Shown here: positions 57,301 through 64,000 of the stretch, piece after piece | Layout: the number at the start of each line of letters is the position of its first letter | How positions within the stretch are numbered: position 1 is the stretch's first letter | Assembly: GCA_964510025.1 (NCBI GenBank) | Contig: CAZDZV010000007.1 | Span: forward strand, 1-64,000 | Direction: 5' to 3' | Length of the DNA stretch: 64,000 nucleotides | Source of the DNA: an uncultured Methanosarcinales archaeon | Lineage (GTDB): Archaea > Nanobdellota > Nanobdellia > Woesearchaeales > DATDXC01 | Notes under the pieces: generated by a model | What the model was told of the DNA's origin: nothing | Seen by the model: only the letters and a program-made list of their open reading frames with translations | Databases searched by the model: none | Position numbers and translations under genes: made by a program

Positions 57301-60300
57301 CTCTGCCCTGTTCACCCCCCAGCTTTCCTCGCCTATATTATACTGCTTCTGGTAGAAGCTCCTGCATTGGTTTGGGGTGGTGCATAGTGCAGCTGTCTTG
57401 GATTCCTCATTTCCCCCGCTTGGGGAGCTCTGCTGTATAACATTATCATTGAGGGATGCCCCGTATATTGTGCCTGTGCTGCCTATGCCTGGCGAATCCA
57501 TCACCCCGCAAAGCTCAGCGCATGACTTTGGCTGGAATGTCAGATAGCTGTTCTCGTTTTGCTTTATTGCGTATAGGTATTCGATTCTCTGGGGGCCTGT
57601 GATATGGTTAAGCTGATAGACATAATTGCCCTGCGAAGCTCCGATAGTATACAGCGTCTTGGTGCGTTTGCTTGCTTCATTGCCGTACATCTCCACGCAT
57701 TTGTCATATATGGTGAACCTGCCCTCATAGCCGTATGTCTTTTCCACATCCCTGCAGTTGACTGCCTTTAGGGGCCTTCCTTTTGTTGACTGGTCATTTG
57801 TGCATGTTGAGCCCATAGAGGCTTTTTCCTGAAGCTCGTTTGACTGCCTGTTTCTTGTCCATCCGGCAGGGCTTGAGTGGCCGAAAAGCCTGTCGCATGT
57901 CCATCTGAAAAACTTGTACCAGCTGGACTCCATCTGCCAGGCGTTATAGCATGCCGGATAGCAGTGCCTCAAGCATGTATCGCTCAATGCGTTCATGTCG
58001 ATGCTGCTTATGTCACCTGTGTAGCCATCGAACTCGACAATGCACTGCTCGCACATAGGTGTCTGCTGGCCACCTACGATCTTTGTAAGCTTTGTTATAG
58101 ACTCCATCCTGCACTGAAAATTTCTTACGAACTTCATGAAAAACTTGGTGAAATAGCTGATCATGCACCCCAATGCTGCATACTCCAGTATCTTTTCCAG
58201 CTTTCCCATCCAGTCTGTGGTTTTTTCGATAACCTCATCAAGGGTATCTACAAAATCATAGAGCAGCCAGTCCGGAAGCACGGACCTGGGGTCTACCCTC
58301 GCCATATCCACATAATAGGCGACGGTGTCGCAGAAGGTTTGCGTGCCCTGGACCTGCTTCCCGGTTGCATTTGTGTATTCATAGCGCAGTGTGAACTTCA
58401 GCGGGAAAAGCATCTCGTTGTCCTCAAGTGATTTGAAAAATTCCTTCCATTCATCTACTGACCATGCATCCATCAGGTCGAACCTCTTCAGCCTGTACAC
58501 CACATAGGCAGTCCTGCCGTTTATTATCTCGACCTTGGTGGAGCCGTCCCTCATCACCTGGCAGCTGTAGTTGTATTTGGGGTCAGCGGTTATATAGTCG
58601 TCGCAGGCCCTCTGGATATCCACAGCATGCACGATAGGCTTGTCGTTCTGGTCCCCCCAATAGGTAAAGTTGAAGTAGAAGTAAAGCGTTTCTGTGCCTT
58701 CTGCGAGCCTTTCTGTGCTTATAAAAGCAGGGCTCTGGTATCTCAGCAAAGGAGTTGCTGACCAAAGCTTATCCCCGGACCAGCAGGTCTGTACGTTATA
58801 ATGGGCTGCTTCTGCGCCTCTCCTCCCAAAAACATCGGTAGATATGAACAGCAGGTCAGCTTCCATCTCATGCTCCCTGATATAGAGTTCCCGTCTGTCC
58901 TGGAGGTCTTCATAATCGACCTCCTCCATCCTGTATCCGACGGCAGCTGATGATGTGATGTCAACGTTCTCGAATACAAAATAGCCCTCAGCATCGGCGG
59001 TGGTCACATAGTCCGCTCCGCTGCTGCATCCGCAGTCAGCATCCAGGTCTGCTTCATCAAGGTGATGTATCTGGTTTGGTATGCCATAGACATCGACAGT
59101 CTTGTTGAACCTGCCCAAAGGTGTCCTCTCAACATAAAGGTACACCCTGGCATTTGGATCAGTCCTTCCCCTGATATCGACCTCGTTGGCAAACTGCTCA
59201 AATATCTGTGCGCCGTTCTCAGGATATATATCCTCTATCTGCGGGGGTTCTGTATCCAGGTGCACATTCCTTTCTATCCTTGCGGTATTGTTGGCCAAAT
59301 CAGATGCCTCTATGGTGATCAGATAGAACCCGTCCTTGTCAAGCTGCAGTTCAGCGGTAAAAGTGCCGTTGGTTTCAATGACTGTTTCCTCGCCCCGCCT
59401 GCATTTCAGTTCATACTCCCTGACCCTCCCTGATATGTTCCTTACGCCAGATAAGGTGGTTATGGCAAGTGCGTCAGATTTAGGCCCTTCGTTGCAGTTC
59501 TTGTCAACGGCGCTTACCTCGTATACATATGTTGTGCTAGTGTTGACCTGGTCTGCAAAATTAGGGCTTTTCCTGCCTGCGATCCTTCTGCCGTCCCGAT
59601 AGACAAGATATTCCTTGAAGTCATCTGCGTCGCTTTCCTGCCATTCGAACTCAACGCTGTTGTCTTCGACGACAGTCTGGTTCAGTCCCATGACCTTTCC
59701 AGGCGCAGCCTGGTCAGCGCTCCTGTACTCCACTGTTATGGTGACTGTTGCCTGCTCATCTACGCTTCCGTTCAGCTCTAGAAGATCATCTTCTACCTGG
59801 GCACCTGTATCAGACACTGCAAGCGCAGGCTTTTTTGTGTCCACGATAACCTCAAATATCTCTTCCCTGATATGGCCCCTTGGGTCCTCAGCCTTTATGT
59901 GCAGCTCGTTAAGCCCCTCCTTGAGCCTCAGGCCTGAAACTAGGAACCTCCCCTCTTCATCTGCATAGCCTCTTTTCCATTCCCCGTCTGACCGGACATC
60001 AACAAGGCTTTCTGGATCCGTGTCTATACTGAGGTCGAGCTCATGGGAGCTGTGGTATTCTGGGATGTTTGTCCTGATAAAGGGCTCCACATCCTGGCTG
60101 GTTGTGAAAAAATAGTATGTGCCGTTATTGTTGTCAGCAGCGTCATTTGATACCACCTCAAAAAAATACTGGGTGGATTCCTGCAGTCCGGTAAGCTTCA
60201 CTTGGTGGTCCCTGACAAGGTCGCTGTCTGTTGCATGATCGCCAAGCAGTGTATTTTTGCCGTAATTTACCCTTGAAGATGAGGCTTCATCAGTATCCCA

Positions 60301-60432
60301 TCGTATCTCAGCAGTGCTGTCGGTTATGCTGCTGGAGCTCACATTAGCTATCGACAGCGCAAATGACAGGGGAAGGCATAGCATAAGCTGCAGTATCAGG
60401 GTTGCTATTGCCTTAAGATACGCTTTCCTCAT
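54316..60432 (-). CDS. Giant (2038 aa) secreted/surface protein with FN3/Ig-like and Cys-rich regions
   Basis: Signal peptide; FN3 signatures (W-TDE...YG...H-V-L-GL...Y-F-V and Y-YEVSAVD...NEG); DT-P Ig linkers; many Cys. Confidence 0.82.
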   Translation of the reverse strand: MRKAYLKAIATLILQLMLCLPLSFALSIANVSSSSITDSTAEIRWDTDEASSSRVNYGKNTLLGDHATDSDLVRDHQVKLTGLQESTQYFFEVVSNDAADNNNGTYYFFTTSQDVEPFIRTNIPEYHSSHELDLSIDTDPESLVDVRSDGEWKRGYADEEGRFLVSGLRLKEGLNELHIKAEDPRGHIREEIFEVIVDTKKPALAVSDTGAQVEDDLLELNGSVDEQATVTITVEYRSADQAAPGKVMGLNQTVVEDNSVEFEWQESDADDFKEYLVYRDGRRIAGRKSPNFADQVNTSTTYVYEVSAVDKNCNEGPKSDALAITTLSGVRNISGRVREYELKCRRGEETVIETNGTFTAELQLDKDGFYLITIEASDLANNTARIERNVHLDTEPPQIEDIYPENGAQIFEQFANEVDIRGRTDPNARVYLYVERTPLGRFNKTVDVYGIPNQIHHLDEADLDADCGCSSGADYVTTADAEGYFVFENVDITSSAAVGYRMEEVDYEDLQDRRELYIREHEMEADLLFISTDVFGRRGAEAAHYNVQTCWSGDKLWSATPLLRYQSPAFISTERLAEGTETLYFYFNFTYWGDQNDKPIVHAVDIQRACDDYITADPKYNYSCQVMRDGSTKVEIINGRTAYVVYRLKRFDLMDAWSVDEWKEFFKSLEDNEMLFPLKFTLRYEYTNATGKQVQGTQTFCDTVAYYVDMARVDPRSVLPDWLLYDFVDTLDEVIEKTTDWMGKLEKILEYAALGCMISYFTKFFMKFVRNFQCRMESITKLTKIVGGQQTPMCEQCIVEFDGYTGDISSIDMNALSDTCLRHCYPACYNAWQMESSWYKFFRWTCDRLFGHSSPAGWTRNRQSNELQEKASMGSTCTNDQSTKGRPLKAVNCRDVEKTYGYEGRFTIYDKCVEMYGNEASKRTKTLYTIGASQGNYVYQLNHITGPQRIEYLYAIKQNENSYLTFQPKSCAELCGVMDSPGIGSTGTIYGASLNDNVIQQSSPSGGNEESKTAALCTTPNQCRSFYQKQYNIGEESWGVNRAEPAGYTQDCFYGVGHPSLNSLDAVSGDPNKRMECCCLSSSADTSFSQYYVPNDVESKTRREPPFQAAHADSYEDMAWSYRYHLTHWKATGSLTGSVRDRYDPHRYIDGRDFSACFGQNHIWYGEDELILDPSTDHLATFQCVSISGIYNRLAFIRNLAQMLKSCLLQVRTTGKADSGVCKELFSQYVCSMIWKILVWVRDGCSPFGSLQESDEASWSTTIVAGVGSLLDSVKESQMEMAAEYGNADLNSIFGMGEEAIVRKVCLAAFGYDWDLSVENFMDAAYASPYATFVQAVLPGREYLTFDPVTGKSVYEYKASWLINPGCNFDDYDVYLSCISQNELAKYGDIRCDKVESPQKPDCACMNQDREITRLLYDGDSLSQNVLEDIDHTMIPSGNRIVRDRYRYDHIKIVIDARNIERGEGDVSKCFPDGHAEGDKGIFYFPIKDYTPSELAACYVDAESGTYDCSQGASFLHPFGQAYVTGINIGPDKQDIDLRTLGGSEETGAILYPGDKLEGEVTYFKDNKLQCMTVKLLDKARKAEESYTQTILLHEGDTGVDTQSFRLNKRIEEDDASPYAMMDPSISYQRDGNTANGGLSIYITDSQRFPPGERKSITMEFIDTDNNGIQLDENSNDKYSINNKRVAEIRKMCQNDICEFDFDRYFDVEITATISNVNMEGAAGSRVFTVVFEKSKQRTKSIDEPSYYLHVDLRSPLDEESNCNLVSHAQYDETQIIVREGVKQSFDIPIYIGMGERGNRCDEDTYLDGQKQCVCSARDSVAGMQENCPDGEYHYCSDGVCRKYPECPGAGAVADRCVCGRIMGSDEADYYNCGYAGAKTAEEKADYQKPNYVPGNPEEYRYCYAKEGESSRCHKEAYAELSSDTSPPVVSYIMIQGEYGDVIAAEGDEVEIRATIREETKLESIKLEANGLNQEIKSIAPDIARHDGSEIYTMKWDTSSLHTALYGVPVTIAIIAADGTNEPVKATAAGKITIESKI

Positions 60433-62393
60433 TTTATCAGCTCTGGCCCCATAACACCTTCTGAATAGCTCTCAAGGTTGCTGAAGAAAAGGGCCATATC
60501 CTCTTCATCCACGAAATTCTGGTAGAGCACATGGAACCTGACCTTCTCATACTCGTCCACATTTCCTGTCTTCCATGCAGATCTATACCCTCCCGCTATT
60601 TCCTCGTCCTTCATCATGTAGATCTCTACATCATATTCAAATGCACCCGACAGCAGCTCAAGCTGCTGCGTCTCTTCGGCGCCGCTGTCAAAGGGATAGA
60701 CGACTGTCTCATCAAAATTCTTGTCTTTGGCCTTGATGATTATGATCGCTGACTCTCCATCGGCAAATTCCTGGCCTGGAAAGACGGTTCCGCCTGAATA
60801 TTCGTGTTTGATAACGCTGAAATTCACAAATGTCTTTATGGGGTTCATATAGATAGAATATATGCTGTCTTCCCCTGTCTGGATGAACATCTCTGAATCA
60901 GCATATCCCTCTTTCTCTGCCCTAAGGACGCCCAGGGTGCAGTAGGGTGTGAGCCCTTCCCAGTAAGGTGTTCCTCCGCTTCCGTAGTCCGGCTCTGTCT
61001 GGCCCAATGGGCAGATGAACTTTCCGCATGCCAGCGTAAGATTAACGTCCTTGATCTCCCAGCCGGAAGATGTGTTCTCCCTTGCAAAGATGGTCAGAGT
61101 GTTGTAAAGGTCGTTGCAGAACTGCTCGTCTTCAACCAGGTTGTCAACCTCAAAATCCGTTGACACGAAGCTTTCCCTTCTTGGCTCATTATGGTCAATA
61201 GATCCCTTGAACGCGAACATGAAAGTGTATTCATAGTTTCTTGTCGTCCGTTCATCCACTATGGTCACCTTGACAGGAAACCTTATGTCATATGTGAAAT
61301 GCCAGAAATGCATGCAGAAGAAAGACAGCATATCCTGGCCTTTCTGTGAATTTGAGTGCAGGAAGGGATATTTGTTGGGCCTGATGTAGAAGTCGTTGAT
61401 CCAGTGCATCGGCCAGTTGTAGTCATAGCTGAAGCTCACCCTCATGTTGCTCCAGTCCCTGTCGCCTATATCCCATACATAGTGGCTCCAGTAGTATGAT
61501 GAATTATAGCTGTCATCCAGCGGCTTTCCTGTCAGTAGGTCTTTGGGAGGCAGCGGCAGATACCTGTCTTCGTCAAACCTCGAGCCTTTGATCTTTATGA
61601 AATCGAAATTGTGGGCCATCAGCAGCTTAATCTTGTCTTTTATCCTGCCGATGTTCCAGCTCATCTTGGAGCATCTGAATTCAGGGCCGCCTGTGTCAGG
61701 TATATCGCTGTCCAGGGATATAAGGTCAATCACCTTTCTCTCGATAAATCCCTGCTGGTTCTCTACCTCCAATATTGTCCTTGCCATGGTATAAGCGGCA
61801 TGCAGCCTCACCGGAAGCTCAACATTGAACCTGCTGATCTCTGCCAGGGTCTTGTTGAACTTGTCTTTGACCTCTATGCTGTAGCGCAGCTCTATATCCA
61901 CAAGCGAATCCATCGAATCCCCTATCTCAGCTATTGTCTCGATGCCTGAATGCTCCACAATGTCATAGATGCTGCTGAATGCGCCGAAGTCAGACAGGCA
62001 TGCGGACATATGCTCGTTGATATATTTGGTTATCTGGTCTTCCATGAAATCCTCGCTTGGCACTCTTTCTGTCCCGTCATGCCACCAGTACGGATTCTTG
62101 TANNNNNNNNNNTTGTATTTGGGTGTCGGTGACCTGGAGATGTATGTTTCCGGATTGTTGTCTATCTCAGGGGGGAAGTAGATATACCCTCCGTTGAGTC
62201 CCAGCGTCGTGACCGCTTCCATGCCAAGGTTCCTTATGCATGCCTCCACATAGCTTTGCACAGGAATGAGCTCTGGATTTATCTTCTCAAGGTCCTGCAG
62301 GGCTTTCTCCTTTATGAAGCCGAAATAGGCTATCGCAAGCAGTAATACTAGCCCAAGTATTATAAACACAGTAATCTGGCCTCTTTTTTTCAT
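60429..62393 (-). CDS. Large protein with class III (prepilin-like) signal peptide
   Basis: MKKRG/QITVFIILGLVLLL; ATG 62393 overlaps the upstream stop; spans a 10-N gap. Confidence 0.8.
   Translation of the reverse strand: MKKRGQITVFIILGLVLLLAIAYFGFIKEKALQDLEKINPELIPVQSYVEACIRNLGMEAVTTLGLNGGYIYFPPEIDNNPETYISRSPTPKYXXXXYKNPYWWHDGTERVPSEDFMEDQITKYINEHMSACLSDFGAFSSIYDIVEHSGIETIAEIGDSMDSLVDIELRYSIEVKDKFNKTLAEISRFNVELPVRLHAAYTMARTILEVENQQGFIERKVIDLISLDSDIPDTGGPEFRCSKMSWNIGRIKDKIKLLMAHNFDFIKIKGSRFDEDRYLPLPPKDLLTGKPLDDSYNSSYYWSHYVWDIGDRDWSNMRVSFSYDYNWPMHWINDFYIRPNKYPFLHSNSQKGQDMLSFFCMHFWHFTYDIRFPVKVTIVDERTTRNYEYTFMFAFKGSIDHNEPRRESFVSTDFEVDNLVEDEQFCNDLYNTLTIFARENTSSGWEIKDVNLTLACGKFICPLGQTEPDYGSGGTPYWEGLTPYCTLGVLRAEKEGYADSEMFIQTGEDSIYSIYMNPIKTFVNFSVIKHEYSGGTVFPGQEFADGESAIIIIKAKDKNFDETVVYPFDSGAEETQQLELLSGAFEYDVEIYMMKDEEIAGGYRSAWKTGNVDEYEKVRFHVLYQNFVDEEDMALFFSNLESYSEGVMGPELIK
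62103..62112. other. Assembly gap (10 N) flanked by duplicated TTGTA
   Basis: TTGTA at 62098-62102 and 62113-62117. Confidence 0.95.
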
Positions 62394-63103
62394 CTTAACA
62401 GTATAGCTGCCAATCTGATCCTTATTAAATCTATCGCTGACACAACTCCTGTGAGCAGCCCTATGAATATGGCTGCCCGCAATGCGACAGCCCCTATGCT
62501 TTGCAGGGCAGGCATGAGCAGCAGCAGCGCAAAGCAGCCGACAAGCAGCATGTTGGGCAAGGCCAGCCTGTAAAACCTGACAACCCCTATCCTTAATGCT
62601 TCTCTTATTGACCTGATGGTCTGCTTTTCTGCAAATTTCAAAAATACTATGTTCCCGAAATATAGGGACAGCACCGGTATGGCTATTGCCGCGATATCCC
62701 TGAATATTGCCCTGAAGCCGTTCTGCGCAAGGATCATTGCAGCAAAAGATATCATGAAGATGCATGACGTCAGCAGCAGGAACCTGAGGAAATAGGCTAG
62801 ATTGAATCTTTTCTTTGCAAGCCTTGCGTAGATCATTCCCTGAAAAAAGGCAAAGTTCGCAAGCATTAGCGCTACATATGAGATGATCAGGGCTATCAGT
62901 ATCCCCAGTGTGTTGCCCATGGTAGATACCAGCATGGTCGCCTCCTCAGGTGTCTTCTGCAGCAATGTCTCAGGTGTAAGCCCTGAAAACTTGCTGTACT
63001 GCATAATCACAAGTAAAGAGAATGATGCCAGAAGAAGATAGCTAGCTAGCAAGAAAGCCATATCCAAGGCTACGATGCCTAGCAGTCTTTGCTTTTTTTT
63101 CAA
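62390..63103 (-). CDS. Hypothetical multi-pass membrane protein
   Basis: About 6 hydrophobic helices; TTG start. Confidence 0.75.
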   Translation of the reverse strand: MKKKQRLLGIVALDMAFLLASYLLLASFSLLVIMQYSKFSGLTPETLLQKTPEEATMLVSTMGNTLGILIALIISYVALMLANFAFFQGMIYARLAKKRFNLAYFLRFLLLTSCIFMISFAAMILAQNGFRAIFRDIAAIAIPVLSLYFGNIVFLKFAEKQTIRSIREALRIGVVRFYRLALPNMLLVGCFALLLLMPALQSIGAVALRAAIFIGLLTGVVSAIDLIRIRLAAILLR

Positions 63104-63117
63104 TCTTTATCTGGCCT

Positions 63118-64000
63118 CTAAAAGTCATTTATGTTGCCGGATGCCTGGCCTGCCTGGCCTCCCTGTGAAGGCGAGCTGTATCCTGTTGCAGGCGCAGCTG
63201 ACTCAGCTATAGGCACGCATACTTCATTATAAGACTCGTCATCCGGGGTGAAGAGCTTCCTGTCGAACACAAGGCATGCCTCATTGTACAGGTTGAAGCT
63301 GTATTGCACAATGGCCTCCTCACCTATATACCGTAGGGCCTCTCCCTCATCAGCCTCAAGGTCTGCTGCAAATACCTTTGCTGTGGTCGCTCCCCTCAGC
63401 TCAAGGTTTACGCCCAGACCCTCATATCCCGAATGATCAACATTGTTGACCACAAACGTCAGCTTGTATAGGTACTCCGCCCCGTCTGGACCATCCAGAG
63501 GCTGGCTCCTGTCTGCTTCTATGTGGGCTGCTGTCATCAGCAGTCCGGTCGGTGACTCCACTACAAGAACATTGTCAGGTATGCTCTCTATCTTCTGGTT
63601 GCATAACACAGAAGACCAGCATTCCTCTCCTCCGAACAGGACAGTGCTGCAGAAGAAATTGTCCACCTCCTGCCTCCATTCATCAAGGTCCTGCCTGTCG
63701 AACAATAACCTGGAAAAGCCGCTCAGCCCTGAAAACTCGCTTAATATGAATTCAGTTGAGGCTGCGAACCTTCTGAACTGGGATTTTGTCTTTGACTTCA
63801 GGGCCCTCTTTACCAGCTCATTCTCTGATTTCTCAGCTGTCTGCCCGTTATAAAGCCATTCCTCTTTTTCAGCGTCCCATTTAAGTATCACTTTATCATT
63901 ATCCTCCACATATATAAACTTCACCAAAGCGCCCCTGTCCCTGCCCCAGGTTGTCCATTCCCCTACGCTTTCCTGGAGGTCATCATCTCCAGTCTCAAAA
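63118..64000 (-). CDS. C-terminal part of a hypothetical, probably surface, protein; 5' end lies outside the window
   Basis: Frame stays open from 63927 to the window edge; acidic, Cys-containing. Confidence 0.75.
   Translation of the reverse strand, partial: FETGDDDLQESVGEWTTWGRDRGALVKFIYVEDNDKVILKWDAEKEEWLYNGQTAEKSENELVKRALKSKTKSQFRRFAASTEFILSEFSGLSGFSRLLFDRQDLDEWRQEVDNFFCSTVLFGGEECWSSVLCNQKIESIPDNVLVVESPTGLLMTAAHIEADRSQPLDGPDGAEYLYKLTFVVNNVDHSGYEGLGVNLELRGATTAKVFAADLEADEGEALRYIGEEAIVQYSFNLYNEACLVFDRKLFTPDDESYNEVCVPIAESAAPATGYSSPSQGGQAGQASGNINDF

Noticed and set aside
62394..62765. N-terminal 124 aa of the 778-aa ORF
   Set aside because: Overlaps the upstream membrane gene; the class III signal peptide defines the start at 62393

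Overview
Gene-dense archaeal chromosome segment, most consistent with a DPANN/Woesearchaeota-like organism. The taxonomic call rests on rps27e-aIF2alpha-nop10-PAC2, TATA/BRE promoters, GGTGA-type RBS, a KRGQ class III signal peptide and a bacterial-type GAPDH. Contents: (i) two highly divergent sugar-acid/polyol catabolic clusters, namely uxaC, LarA-family epimerase, gnd, HAD, KDPG-aldolase-like and a GH94 phosphorylase, plus class II aldolase, Zn-ADH, SDR, MtlD-like, a fused TPP E1alpha/beta and a TIM barrel; (ii) an energy block of pgk, DUF362, membrane PPase and gap beside two tandem trimeric group A3-type [FeFe]-hydrogenases; (iii) argS and an argF-J-B-D-(TSUP)-C-G operon; (iv) an accessory region with a frameshifted PHPT1/Janus-like gene, a candidate structured RNA, an ACT-domain regulator, three tandem paralogs of an unknown family and an RHH operon; (v) a surface-protein cluster with a 2038-aa protein. 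Strongest leads: one hydrogenase has electron-bifurcating and the other non-bifurcating signatures; the HydC of the first carries a putative DNA-binding N-terminal domain, with four TAAYTACCAC boxes in its own promoter; and a eukaryote-type phosphohistidine phosphatase homolog is present. No rRNA, tRNA, CRISPR or intact mobile element was recognised. All family assignments are from motif recognition by eye, not database searches.
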